From Hemiscyllium ocellatum (lineage: Eukaryota), in contig NC_083448.1 of assembly GCF_020745735.1 (NCBI RefSeq), positions 8,864,006 through 8,928,005 of the forward strand: a stretch of DNA of 64,000 bases. The letters are read 5' to 3'. The notes under the pieces are model-generated. The model was not told where the DNA came from. It saw nothing but the letters and a program-made list of their open reading frames with translations, and did not search any database. Positions 1 through 13,670 of the stretch are shown here, piece after piece (position 1 is the first letter of the stretch; the number at the start of each line of letters is the position of its first letter). The position numbers were made by a program, and so were the translations under genes.

Positions 1-159
1 TACTTCCTCAACTTGTGCAATTTGCATAACATTAACAAATGCTCAAACTGGTGACTAGATTGCATACACAACAGATGAAATGTAATACACATTAATATTT
101 AAATTCCTGAGGGTCAGCAATATAAAGGGTGCACTGAAATGTGACGCAGAGCATACTAC

Positions 160-323
160 CTGAACAAAAAATATGAAGTGCTTGAAGGAAGTATTAAGAT
201 GGGCCTCTTCCTGAAGCTGCATCACAGAGTCGAAATGCTGGTGATAAATATGAGCGTAAACCCTGAAGAGACGCTTAAGAATGGTCTTGGCCACAGACAT
301 GAAATTTTTAGGGAAGGGCACTC
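160..323 (-). CDS. MOB1A: MOB1A exon 5 (the final exon lies outside the window)
   Basis: ttgcag| GVPFPKNFMSVAKTILKRLFRVYAHIYHQHFDSVMQLQEEAHLNTSFKHFIFFVQ |gtagta; DSVMQ is MOB1A-type (MOB1B has DPVIQ), and linkage to MTHFD2 matches human 2p13. Confidence 0.95.
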
Positions 324-498
324 CTGCAATGTAACAGTTATCATGAATTATAACATGGAAAAGCTTCAAAGATTCAGATTTATAAAATCAACTGTACATT
401 TTAATAGTTAATGCTAAAAATCAACTTGAAGAGGCATCACAACTTGAACAAAAACTGCAGTTCGTGGGTGACCAGGGAGAAGAATGGAACAAGACCAT

Positions 499-3400
499 CA
501 TAGAACATACAACAGTACAGCACAGAACAGGCCCTTCAGCCCACAATGTTGTGCTGACCATTGATCCTCATGTATGCAACCTCAAATTTCTGTGACCATA
601 TTCATGTCCAGCTGTCTCTTCAATGTCCCCAATGACCTTGCTTCCACAGCTGCTGCTGGAAACGCATTCCATGCTCTCACAACCCTCTGTGTAGAGAACC
701 CGCCTCTGACATCCCCTCTGTACTTTCCTCCAACCAGCTTAAAACTATGACCCCTCGTGTTAGCCATTTCTGCCCTGGGAAACAGTCTCTGGCTATCAAC
801 TCTATCTATGCCTCTCATTATCTTGTATACCTCAATTAGGTCCCCTCTTCTCCTCCTCTTCTCCAATGAAAAAAGTCCAAGCTCAGTCAACCTCTCTTCA
901 TAAGATAAGCCCTCCAGTCCAGGCAGCATCCTGCTAAACCTTCTCTGAACCCTCTCCAAAGCATCCACGTCTTTCTTATAATAGGGCGACCAGAACTGGA
1001 CTCAGTATTCCAAGTGCAGTGTAACCAAAGTTTTATAGAGCTGCAACAAGATCTCACAACTCTTAAACTCAATCCCCCGTTAATGAAAGCCAAAACACCA
1101 TATGCTTCCTTAACAACCCTGTCCACTTGGGTGGCCATTTTAAGTGATCTATGCGTTTGCATACCAAGATCCCTCTGTGCATCCACACTGCCAAGAATCC
1201 TATCCTTAATCCTGCACTCAGCTTTCAAATTTGACCTTCCAAAATGCATCACCTTGCAGTTATCCAGGTTGAACTCCATCTGCCACCTCTCAGCCCGTCT
1301 CTGCATCCTGTCAATGTCCCACTGCAGCCGACAACAGCCCTCTATACTGTCAACGACACCTCCAACCTTTGTGTCATCTGTAAACTTGCTGACCCATCCT
1401 TCAATACCCTCATCCAAGTCATTAATAAAAATTACAAACAGTAGAGGCCCAAGGACAGAGCCCTGTGGAACACCACTCACTACTGACTTCCTGGCAGAAT
1501 ATTCTTCATCTACTACCATTCGCTGTCTTCTGTTCACCAGCCAATTCTGTATCCAGACAGCGAAGTTCCCCTGTATCCCATTCCTCCTGACCTTCTGAAT
1601 GAGCCTACCATGGAGAACCTTATCAAATGCCTTGCTGAAGTCTATATACACCACATCCACAGCTAGATCCTCATCAACCTTTCTAGTCACATCCTCAAAG
1701 AACTCGATAAGGTTGGTGAGGCATGACCTACCCCTCGCAAAGCCGTGTTGACTGCATTTAATCAAGCCATGCTCTTCCAGATGGTCATGAAACCTATCCC
1801 TCAGAATCCTTTCCAACACCTTGTAGACGACAGACGTGAGACTTACTGGTCTGTAATTGCCGGGGATTTCCCTATTTCCTTTCTTGAAAAGAGGAATTAC
1901 ATTTGCCTCTCTCCAGTCCTCAGGTACGACTCCAGTGGAGAGCGAGGATGCAAAGATCTTCGCAAGTGGCGAAGCAATTGCATTTCTCGTTTCCCAAAGC
2001 AGCAGAGGACAAATCTGGTCTGGGCCTGGCGACTTGTCAATATTAATGTTTGACAAAATTTTCAGCACATCAGCTTCCTTTATCTCTATCCATTCCAGCA
2101 TGCACACCTGCTCTTCAAAGGTTTCATTCACTACAAAGTTCATTTCTTTCATGAAGCCAGAAGCAAAACCTCATTTCGGGCTTCCCCTACTTCCTCAGAC
2201 TCCAATACAAGTTTCTTATGCTATCCCTGATCAGCCCTACTCTTTCTTTGACCATTCTCTTATTCCTCACATAACAGTAAAATGCCTTTGTGTTCTCCCT
2301 AATCCATTCTGCCAAGCCTTTCTCGTGCCCGTGCCTGGCTCTCCCTAGACCATTTTTGAGCTCCTTCCTCGCCTACCTGTAATCCTCTAGAGCTGAGCTT
2401 GACCCTAGCTTCCTCCACCTTATGTAAACTACCTTTTTCCTTTTGACCAGACACTCCACCGCTCTTGTCATCCAAGGTTCCTTTATCTTACCCCCTCTTG
2501 CCGGTCTCAGAGAGACATATTTATTCATCATTCACAACAACTGTTCATTAAACAGTCTCCACATGTCTATCGTGCCTTTACCAAGGAACAATTGCTCCCA
2601 GTCCAGGCTTCCTAACTCATGTCTAATCGCATCATCGTTTCTTCTTCCCCAATTAAATACCCTCCCATTTTGTTCAATCCTCTCCTTCTCCATAGCTATC
2701 AAGAATGTGAGGCAGTTGTGGTCACAATCATCAAAATGCTCTCCCACCACAAGATCTGATACCTGCCCCGGCTCATTTCAGAGCACCAAGCCTAGAATGG
2801 CCTCTCCCCTCGTCGGCCTGTCAACATGAGGAGTTAGGAAACCCTCTTGAAACACCTTATAAAAACAGCTCCATTCAAATCTTCTGCTCGAAGGAGGTTC
2901 CAATCAATATTGGGAAAGTTAAAGTCACCCCTTACAACAACCCTCCTACCTCCACACTTTTCCAAAATCTGCCGACCTATGCTTTCTTCAATCTCCCTGC
3001 TGCTATTGGGGGGCGTAACGAGGTGACTGCTCCCTTGTTGTTCCTAATTTCCACCCATACTGACTCAGTAGACAGATCTTGCTTGACAATGGAAGCTTCT
3101 GCAGCTGCGATACCCTCTCTGATTAGTAGTGCTACATCCCCTCCTCTTTTTTCCCCACTCCCTGTTCTTTTTAAATGCTCTAAACCCTGGAACATCTTGC
3201 AACCATTCCTGCCCCTGAAAAACCTATGTCTCTGTTATGGCCACAACATCATAGCACCAGGTACTATGGTCTAAGTTCCTCACTTTTATTCCTGATACTC
3301 CTTGCGTTAACGCAAACACACCTTAACTGATCACTTGGTTCCTTCCCAGGAAAATCCTTCCCACTAGCTGGTCTACCTCTTGCTATTGCCTCATCTGCAT

Positions 3401-3965
3401 CAACTCTCACCTCCGGTATATAGCCCAGGTTCCCACCCCGCTGCCATACTAGTTTAAACCTTCTCGAACTACTCGAGCAAACCTTCCACCCAGGACATTG
3501 GTCCCCTTCCAGTTCAGATGCAACCCATCCTTCTTGTGCAGGTCCCAGAAGGCTTCCCAATTATTACATATCTGAAGCCCTCCCTCCTACACCACCTGCG
3601 CAGCCACGTGTTAAGCTGTGCCCTCTCCCTGTTCCTCACCTCGCAATCTCATGGCACCGGTAGTAAACTAGAGAACACTACTCTGTTCATCCTGCTTTGC
3701 AGCTTCCATCCTAACTCCCTGAAATCACTTTTTATATTCTCAGTCCTTTTTCTGGCTATATCATTAGTGCCAATATGTAACGCGATTTCTGGCTGTTCGC
3801 CCTCCACTTTAGAACCGATTGGAGACGTCCCGGACCCTGGCACGAGGGAGTCAACAAACCTTCCGGGAATCCTGATCCTGACCACAAAATCTCCTGTCGA
3901 TTCCCCTAATTATCGAGTCTCCTACCACGAGTACTTTTCTATTCTGCCCCCTTCCCTTCTCCCAG
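499..3965 (-). mobile_element. Near full-length degenerate CR1 LINE in MOB1A intron 4
   Basis: ORF1 SGNH-esterase fragment (HIGTND, 3649-3885), APE fragments (2532-3195), RT (887-2152: KSPGPD, NYRPVSLTS, GVPQGSVLGP, KFTDDTK), C-terminus 582-968, CR1 3' UTR near 500; frameshifted. Confidence 0.93.
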
Positions 3966-4342
3966 GAAAGATGTTTCCTCTTGCAGTCTTAAATGTCAAG
4001 TTCACCAATTAAAACTCAAAGCTCATAAATTCAAACTGAGAGAATTTAATCAGCCAGAAGCTTTGCCTTTTAGTCAGCTGATATGATTTTATTTGTGAGG
4101 ACAATGGAACGAAACAACTGTAGTTTCTAATCATAAGTGGATGAGCTGCTTCACATTCCAGACAGGGGAAACGGGATGGAGAAGAGATATGTCAGACACG
4201 TGGCTAATCGTGGCACAAGAGAGCAAGTGTCGTGCCAACCAAAAATGTAAAACTATTTTCTGGTACTACTGATTGCTTATTTCAAGGAGAATGCAATGAT
4301 CATTGCTCACTTTTCCTACGCAGATGAAACAAAATGGCTCAC

Positions 4343-4476
4343 CTATTTTAGAAGGAAAGAGGGTCTCATCATCAAGCTGGTCCTGTACCCATGTCATCAG
4401 GTAATCAATGTATTTTGGAGCAGAACACTTAATTGGTTTTTTAATGTTTGTGCCATCAGCCCAATGGTATTCATAT
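4343..4476 (-). CDS. MOB1A: MOB1A exon 4
   Basis: ttacag| YEYHWADGTNIKKPIKCSAPKYIDYLMTWVQDQLDDETLFPSKI |gtgagc; 134 nt. Confidence 0.96.
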
Positions 4477-6559
4477 CTGTAACAAATGTCCTCAGTGTTA
4501 ATAAAGATGGCAAAAAATCTTCCATTTACATCTATTTAATTGATACTTGAAACATTGCACAACAGTTATAATTTGCCAAAGCATTTAACAATTGTGACTG
4601 AAAGAAAAGGTTGGAAAAGAATCAAACAGCACAAGACAAATCAGATGATCAACTGGACTATCATGTACTACTGAGAAATATTCAACTCTCTTTTCCATTA
4701 CTCCCCGTTTACCAGATATTTACTCCCAACTTTGTTCTATAACGTAGACGTGTGTTATTTAAGGAAGAAATTAACTCAGAGAAACAAGTTCTGGAATCAA
4801 AGCAAGAGGAAAAAGGCACTCGAATTGAGGATAACTAAAAATGTGAACAGATAATGTATGAATTGAAATCATTTCAATCTTCTGTGAGCTTAAGGAAGTT
4901 TTAATTTTTTTTTTGAGGTGAATGTACATTACATTCATTTGGTTTTCAATTTAAACCAACCCCTGACATCCAACATGGTTACTTGTTGAAGTGGAATGTA
5001 TTCTACTATGAATTTCAACATCTAGGAACACATGTTAAGCGTAGAATATAAGAGAGAGCTATCAAGTAAATCAATGGACCACAACAGTCATATCCCAGTC
5101 GATAGAATCAAATTACCTGATGAAAAGGGGCAAAGATGAAAGGGAAAAGAGTAAGTCAAGATACAATGAAGTGTGAAACTAATGTGATCATGATTAAAAT
5201 ACCCAAAAATGCTTTTAGCTTCTTTTTGATTACACACTGCATTTACCAAATAAAAGAAAAACAGTCTGTACAATTATGAACTCTTTTACTGGAGCATTAT
5301 CAAAATGTAAACGATAAGTGTTAACATGTCTTCCACATGCATGAAAAAAACTGCACTTTCTAACAACGTTAGATCATTCAATCACCATGGGGCTATTTGT
5401 GTAACATGTTTGTGGACAGATCTCAGTCATGTCTCACATTCCAGAAATGCCTCATGAAATAAATTGCAGTAAAAATTTGCTTTCTGAATGCATACTTCTA
5501 AGTTGCATCTCAGGTTCTGTGCAACATTAAAATCCAGAAATATGTCCTTTGGCTTGTTGCATTCCCAATCACCTAACACCTCACACCTGCCCACCACAAT
5601 CTCATTTTCCATAACGTGATTCACAGCCTCATGAGTTCCAAGAGATCACCGAAAGACTTTAACCCTACGATGGCTCACTCCTCTACCACTCTTTCAGAGA
5701 ATGGAGTTCCTGGTCCCCATCATCCTCTTGAAATCCCTCTGAACCTCGCGGCCTTTGTCTCAAATCTATGCACCCTGACTGTGGATTATCCTACAAAGGG
5801 GAACACTTTCTTTCCGATCTCCCCCTACTTAAGCCCCTCAATCAAGTCCACCCTCCGTTTTTGCTACTCGAAGGAAAACAAGTTTTTGTGAACAGCGGAA
5901 AAGTTCCAAAGCACATAAGATAAGATATGGTCAATCTCCTCTGCATCCTTTCTCATGCAATCACATAAAAGAATGGTTTCAAATTTGGGATCTAAAAACA
6001 TCTAAACAAATTTCAAAGCACGGTCCATACTGTTTGCAGTTGAGACCATCAGAAACTGATTGGATCATCAAGACTCTGGTTTTCACACTACTTTCACAAC
6101 AGGGTTGTTGAATCTAATATCAAGACTCATTTCGAATACAGCATTTCATTTTCCAAAAGCTTCTCTTCTGAAAATTCACATGACCTTTACTATTCAACAT
6201 GGATTTAAGTGAGCGAGACACAGAAATAAAATTTCTCATTTATATATCAAGCTGACCTCTGCTCCACATGACTCACTGGCAATCTATTACGCAATTCGCT
6301 ATTAACTTACATGTCTTCATGGTTTGGTTCTTGTTTACAAAATTACCACCTTTTATTCTTGCCTCAGGTTAAAAGTTAGTTACAAATGTGACCAAGCTTA
6401 ATTTAACTTTAACTACCCACTAACGGAGATCTTTGTTACTGATACTTAAATGTATGGTTTTTGTAGATTTCCATTTTTAGTTTAATTCTTTATATAGTAA
6501 ATTTCAAGCGATCACAGACAAAAAACACTTATCAGTCTTACATATTCTTGCCTTCATGG

Positions 6560-7115
6560 AGTGCACGAGTTGGGAGGTCATGTCCTGTACAGCCACATCA
6601 GCTAGGCCATTTTTGGAATATTGTATGCAATTGTGGTCTCCCTGCTATAGGATGTTGTGAACAGAAAGGGTTCACAAAAGATTTACAAGGACGTTGCCGG
6701 GGTTGGAGGGTTTGAGCAATGGGCGAGACTGGGGTTATTTTACCTGCAGCATTGGAAGCTAAGAGGTGACCTTATACAGGTTTATAAAATCATGAGGGGC
6801 ATGAATAGGATGAGTAGCTAAGGTCTTTTACCTGGGGAAACTCAAGGGCATAGGTTTAAGGTGAGGGGGGTGAAAGATTAAAAAAAAACAGATCAAGAGG
6901 CAACCTTTTTGCACTGGTATGCAATGAGCTGCCAAAGGAAGTCGGGAAAGCTGGTATGATTACAACACTTAAAAGGTATCTATGTGAATAGGAAGGGTTT
7001 AGAAGAATATTGGCCAAATGTTGGCAAATGGGACTAGATTTATTTAGGTTATCTGGTTGGCATGGACAAGTTGTACCAAAGGGACTGTTTCCATGTTATG
7101 TATCTCTACGATTCT
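6560..7115 (+). mobile_element. CR1 LINE 3' fragment
   Basis: Degenerate ORF2 C-terminus (ERVQ.RFTR.LPGL / LRGDLI.VYKIMRG-like DNA) plus CR1 3' UTR. Confidence 0.8.
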
Positions 7116-7205
7116 ACTGCTGGAAGAAAACCATATTTGAACAGTTCTACTTCTCCAGATATCAGTAGAACAACCAACCATTTGAGGGGGTACGTTCTAG
7201 ATGGC

Positions 7206-7527
7206 GGGCGGCACGGTGGCACTGCGGTTAGCACTGTTGCCTCACAGCGCCAGAGACCCGGGTTCATTTCCCGCCTCAGGCAATTGACTGTGTGGAGTTT
7301 GCACATTCTCCCCGTGTCTGCGTGGGTTTCCTCCGGGTGCTCTGGTTTCCTCCCACACTTCAAAAATGTGCAGGTTAGGTGAATTGACTACGCTAAATTG
7401 CCCGTAGTGTTAGGTGCAGGAGTAAATATAGGGAAATGGTTCTGGGTGCGCTTTGGCGGGTCGGTGTGGACTTGTTGGGCCGAAGGGCCTGTTTCCACAC
7501 TGTAGGTAATCTAATCTAATCTAATCT
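7206..7527 (+). mobile_element. tRNA-derived SINE (shark HE1-like)
   Basis: A box tggcactgcggttagc, B box ggttcatttcc, core gtttcctccgggtgctctggtttcctccc, CR1-like tail gggcctgtttccacactgt followed by (aatct)n. Confidence 0.88.
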
Positions 7528-8599
7528 GATCGGAAGTGTTCAAGTCATTGCACCCATGAAATACAAGTATTGTAGGTCTTTCACTCGTGCAAACTATCTT
7601 GGGTGATGAAGACAGAGAACCAAGCATTGTTATCAGTTCTGGACATTATATTCTGTGAAAGATGTTCTAGAGTTGGAGATTATGGCATATGTTTCCAAGA
7701 ACGCCAAGGGTGAAATTACAAGCAGACATTAGAAAATGGAATTGTATTCCCTGGAGCTTAGAAGGCTGACAGGATGAATTGCTCAAAGTTGACACATATG
7801 AAGGACAACAAAGAAGAGACTATGTGTGGACAAACTATTATCACTCAACAGGAAGTACAGGGCTTGGTACAACATGATCTCAAAATTAAAGCCATACTTT
7901 TGGACTAGCAGATGACTGTGACAAAGCAGATTGGCTGTCAGTGTGAAGATTTGCATCTGCGCAGTCATCACTACCCAAAGGAGGACACTTCACCAGCCAC
8001 CCAACTTTCCTCCTCCTTTAACTGAAACAAAACATTGAGTGGTAGCGAAACGTGCTATTGCTAAATTTGTTGTGGCAGACTAAGACATAGGGCTTTGGAG
8101 GGCAGTGGTTCAGCAAAAAGTCCAGGTAAAGTCCTTTAAATTGTCCTTTTCAGTTTTACAGCAGGTGAGACAGCAGTTAGGCCAGTCACAGAGTCATAGA
8201 GATGTACAGCATGGAAACAGAGCTTTTGGTTCAACCCGTCCTTGCCGACCAGATATCCCAACCAGTTTCTGAGAAATAGAACTTTATTCCACGAGAGTCA
8301 ATGCAATCAGAATGGCAGAAAAAGGCCAAGAAAATAAATAGAAATTCAAAATACTAGACTTCATGTCTGAAGTAAAACAAAAACAACTGTTTCTTCCAAG
8401 ACTGTGATAGTGGAACACTATTTAGAGTTGGACTGGGAGGGAGAGACTATTCAGAACAAGGTGAAAGGGAAACAAACACCATTCAGATTTGTAGGGTGCC
8501 ACAGTACATCATGGTGATCACCACTGGGTGCCTGGCTATGGCTGCAGGGGTGCCTGTCTGGGCATTAAGATGGGAAACTGATTTACAGAGGAAAGTTTA

Positions 8600-11500
8600 G
8601 TAAACTGAAAAATAAACCCTGAATCATTGCCAGCCTGGAGAGGGGATACGCACATGTTGCTACTGCAGGATGTTGGAGCACAGGGAGACTTCCATTATCC
8701 CTGATGACAACATCTGTGAGAAGTGCACCCAGCTGCACCTCCTAGGAGACTGTGTTAGGGAGCTGGATCTGGATGTACTCAGGATCATATGAGATACTGA
8801 GCATTTCATAGATAAAAGAGTTTTAGTGAGGTGGTCACACCTAAGGTGCAGGCAGAGTTGGTGACCACCAGGAAAAGCAAAGGGAATAGATAGAGTGCAG
8901 GAATCCCTGTGGCCATTCCCCTTGAAAACAAGGGGAGGGAAAACGACTGTTCGGAGAAAGCAGCAGCCGCCACATTAATGGCACCATGACTGGCTCTGGG
9001 GCACAGCGAGAGAGGATAAAGGTAAACCAGACCTAACTGATCGGAGACTCGATATTTAGGGGTACAAATAGGAGATTGATTCTGTGGCCATAAACCAGAA
9101 TCCAGAATGGTGTATTGCCTTCCAGGTGTCAGGGTCCTAGATGTCTCAAGAGAGGCTGCAGAATGGTTTCAAGGGAGAGGAAGAGTAGCCAAAAGTCATT
9201 GTGCATGTTGGCACAACTGAGAGGTAGAAATAGGAATGAGGTCCTGCACAGTGATTATAAAGAGCAAGGAAAAAAGTTAAAAACCAGGACATTGTTGGTG
9301 ATAATTTCTGGATGACTTCCTGTGCCACAAGCCAGTGAGGGTAAGAACAGGAGGATATGGCAGATGAATGTGTGGCTAAAAAAAGGGGTAGGGATTCAGA
9401 TTTTTCTATCACTGGGATCTTTTCTGGGGCAGAGATGACCTGTTCCAGAGGAAGGTGTTGCACCTGAGCTGGAGGGAGAACCAATACCGTGGCGGCCAGG
9501 TTTGCTCGTGTTGCAAGAGGGGGTTTAATCTTGATGGGCAGGGGGATTGGTTTCCTCAACAGCAAGGAGGTTCAAGGGATATACAGTAATCAGAAATAGT
9601 AAGTTGAAGAGATAGGTCAGCTAGAACACGACAGGGAGCATAGAATGCCTTTTGGATTAAATTGTAAGGGGACTAACAGGTAATGCTGAAGAATTCAGGG
9701 TATGGATAGGTATGTGGGTCTGGGATATTATAGCCATTATGCAAGATGGCTTAATGGAGGGTCCTGATCGGCAGCTTAATGTGCCAGGGTACAGGTGCTT
9801 TAAGCGGGACAGAGGGTGGAAAGAGGAGAGGGGAGAGTTGCATTTTTTTATGAAGGAGAGTATCACAGCAGTAATAAGAGGTGAAATAACTGAAGGTTCA
9901 TCCAGTGTGACTTTGTGGGTGCAGCTAAGGAATAAGGCAGCGATGGTGACCTTCATGGGGTTGTACTATCGATTTTCAAATAGGCAAGGGGTATTAGAGG
10001 AACAAATATGTAGGGAGACTGGGGAGACTTGCAGGAGCAACAGGGTGTTCGTAATAGGGAATTTTAATTTTTCTAACATAGACTGGGACTGCCAGAGCAT
10101 TAAGGGCTTAGATGGCATGGAATTTGTTAACTGCATTCAGCAAAGTTACCTCAAGCAGTATTAGATTAGATTACTTACAGTGTGGAAACAGGCCCTTCAC
10201 ACCAACCCGCCAAAGCACAATCCACCCAGACACATTCCCTATATTTACCCCTTAACCTAACACTACAGGCAATTTAGCATGGCCAATTCATCTAACCTGC
10301 ACATCTTTGGATTGTGGGAGGAAACCGGAGCACCTGGAGGAAACCCACGCAGACATAGGGAGAATGTGCAAACTCCACCTAGAGTCACCTGAGTAGAGGA
10401 TCCTACTCGGGAAGGGACAAAACTCAACCTACTCTTAGGAAATAGGACAGGAAAGGTGACTGAGGCAACAGTGGGGGAGCACTTTGGGACCAGTGACCAT
10501 CGTTCTGTTAATCTTTAAATAGTTATGGAGAAAAACAAAACTGGCCCACAGGCTCAAGTCCTAAATTGGGGCAAGGCGAATTTTGATGGAATTCGACTGG
10601 AGTTTGTTTGCAGACAAAGGGACCTCTGGCAAGTGGGAAGATTTTAAAAGCGAGATAGATAGAGTTCAATACCTATATGTTCCTGTGAGGGTGAAGGGCA
10701 ATGTTGGCAGGAATAGGGAACCCTGGGTGATGAGATATTGAGCAGTACAAAAGAGGTGTGACTCAGGTACAGGCAGCTGGGTTCAAGGGAATTCCTGGAG
10801 GTAAACAGAAAATAGATAAGTTGACTGAAGGAAATCAGAAGGGCAAAAGGGGGGGGGGTAAATCAGAAGGGCAAAAGGGGGGTTGTGAGAAAGCCTTGGG
10901 TGAGAAAATTCAGGTAATCCAAAGAGGTACTTTGAATAAATTAAAGGAAAAAGAATAACTAGAGAGAGAAAATAGGGCCCCTCAAGGACCAAAGTGGACA
11001 TGTATGTGTAGAACTGCAGGAGATGGGTGAGGTTCTCAAAGAATATTTCTCCTTGTTTACCATTAAGACTTGGGAACTTGGGGAAGGTAGTGGTGATATC
11101 TTGGAGGCAGTCCATATCACAGCAGATGTATGAAGGTGGATAAATCTCCTGGTCATGACCAAACATATCCAAGAACATTGCAAGAGGCTAGGGAAGAATT
11201 TGCAGGGGCCTTTGCTGATACATTTGCATCATCGATAGCCACAGGTAAGGTCCCAGAAGACTGAAGGAGTAGCGAATCTTGTGCCATTATTCAAGAAGAG
11301 CTGTTAAGAGAAGCCTAGGAACAATAGACGAGTATGCCTAATATCTGTGGTGGGTAAGTTACTTGAGAAGATTCTGAGGGATAAGATATACATGCATTTG
11401 GAAAGACATGGTTTGATCAAGAATAATCAGCATGGTTTTGAGAGTGGGAGATCATGCCTGACAAATTTCTTATGGTTCTTTGCTGAAGTGACCAGAAAGG

Positions 11501-12655
11501 TTGATGAGGGCATCGCGGTACATGTAATGCCTTTGATAAGGTTTCACATAGTAGGCTGTCCTGGAAAATTAAATTGCATGGAATCCAGGGCAAGCTGGCA
11601 AATTGGATACACAATTGACTTGATGGTGGGAAGGATGCTGGTCAGACTGGAGGCCTGTATATGGTGGAGTACCTCAGGGGTCAGTGCTGGGCCCATTGCT
11701 GTCGGTTACCTATCTCAATGATTTGAATGAGAATGTACAGGGCATAATTAGCAAGTTTGCTGATCACACCAAAAAAAGGCGGTAACACGGACAGCGAGGT
11801 AGGTTTTCAAATATTGCAGCAGTACCTCGATCAGCTGGTGAAGTAGACCAAGAAATGGCAAATGGAATTTAATATATCTAAGAGTGAGGTCTTGCATTTT
11901 GGAAAATCAAATCAAGGTAGGAGTTTCATGGTGAATGGTAGGGCCTTAAGGAGTGGAGTGGAACAGAGGCACCTTGGAGTTCTGGTTCACAGTTCTCTGA
12001 AAGAGGAGTCACAGGTAGATAGGGCAGTGAAGGAGATTTTTGGCACACTGGCCCTCATCAGTCAGGGCACTGAGAATAGAAGTTGGGAAGTTATGTATAC
12101 AAGGTGTTGTACACAGTATTGTGTTCAGTTTGTGTTCCTTGTTATAGGAAAGATTTTATTAAACTGGAAGGACCGCAGAAGAAATTTGTAAAGGTGTTGC
12201 CTGGACTCAATGGTCTGAGTTCTAAGGAGAGGTTTGACAAGCTGGGACTTCTCTCTTTGGAGCGCAGGAGAATGATGGGGTACCTGGTGGAGATGTTTAT
12301 AGTCAGGAGGGGCATGGATAGGGTGAATGCACTCAGAATTTTAGCCAGGGTTGGGGAATTCGAGGGGTAGAGGGCATCAATTTAAGGTTAGAGGGGAAAG
12401 AATAAAAGGGAACCTTAGGGACCATTTTTTTTTAACACAGAGGGTGGCACACAAATGGAATGAGCTGCAAGTGGAAGCGGTTGAGGTGGATACACTAACA
12501 ACAGTTAAAAGGTATTTGGATAAACACATGGATTGGAAAGGACTTGAAGGACATCAGCCAAATGCAAGGAAATGGGTTTAGCATGGATGGACATTTTGGC
12601 TGGTATTGACCAGTTTGGGCCATAGGGCCCATCTTTGTACTGTAGGATTCCACAG
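8600..12655 (+). mobile_element. Degenerate near full-length CR1 LINE in MOB1A intron 3, interrupted by a SINE
   Basis: Cys-rich ORF1 start (~8650-8800), esterase remnant (~9040-9530), APE (9712-10164), RT fragments (11347-12581), CR1 3' UTR; many stops. Confidence 0.88.
10161..10393 (-). mobile_element. 5'-truncated HE1-like SINE nested in CR1
   Basis: Reverse complement of the 7206 SINE body with an (aatct)n tail; CR1 sequence resumes after it. Confidence 0.82.
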
Positions 12656-13576
12656 CTTGAAGGAAGAAAAATAGGAAAAAGCTTGTTTCCATTTGGTGCA
12701 ACATCAGAACATGAATGTGGCAACAAAGATCGTTTGCAAATGAGGGATAAAAATTAAAGTGAGATTTTGAAAGAAATGGTCTTTTCCTGTCTGCATTAGA
12801 GTTCAAAAGGAATCACTATTTAAATTAAGATAAACTTACTTCAGTTCTACGAAACTGCCTCAAAACCACATTACTTATCAGGGTCTTGGAGATGTGAGTT
12901 CCTGTGTTTTATGCTGTTCTGATTAAATAGACAGATAGAAAACAGGAAGATCAATGTCCGCAAATCCAATTAATGCAGACTGCTGAACAATGAGAAATCC
13001 CTCCAGTTTACAACTACATGGCTATTCTCTGTAATCTAAATTGACAGGTAGTGCTTCATACGCAGCAGCTCCAAGATTAATTGAGACCATGCCTTGTGTA
13101 ACATAAGTTGACCCAGTGGACAGAGACTATCTAACAACATGAAAACTGCGATGCTTCTGTAAAAGCTCTTTGGTGGAAGGTGGGCAAAGATAAAGGAAGG
13201 AAGGAATTGTCAAATAAAAAAAATTTTGGTCCCTAGTACAACTATTATGACTTATTACAAAGCGTGAGCAGGAGACGGCCAATAAATGACAACTATTAGA
13301 ATTAGTTTTGGAATTTGAACATTTAACATAAAATCAACACTAATCGTAGTTAATTTACAAGATGCTTTTGAAATTTCCAGGTGTAAATTTGAAGTCCTTA
13401 TTCACTTTTTAGTCATTAAATTGAAAGACATGTTTGGGCTTGCAAAACATTTCATCATGACACCTGGAAGCATTTTGGAGTCTAACAGATACTTCCAGCA
13501 CGTTGTCACCATCAACCTTATTTTATCTCATCATTTTTCAGAAAATTTTGTTCTGTGTGCATAGAATCTTCCCTAC

Positions 13577-13670
13577 CTTGGTCCTGCTGACATAACAGAA
13601 CAGCTTTGTTCTGTACAAAACTCTGTTATTGTTCCATACAGCATGTTGATTTGGTTGAAGAAGTCTACAG
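13577..13670 (-). CDS. MOB1A: MOB1A exon 3
   Basis: ttttcag| [31 protein letters not shown] |gtaggg; 94 nt. Confidence 0.96.

Noticed and set aside
887-2152. 421-aa reverse-transcriptase ORF as a host gene or active element
   Set aside because: It is part of a frameshifted CR1 ORF2 with a broken endonuclease region
10833-10882. Tandem duplication of aaatcagaagggcaaaagggggg
   Set aside because: Local slippage inside a dead CR1
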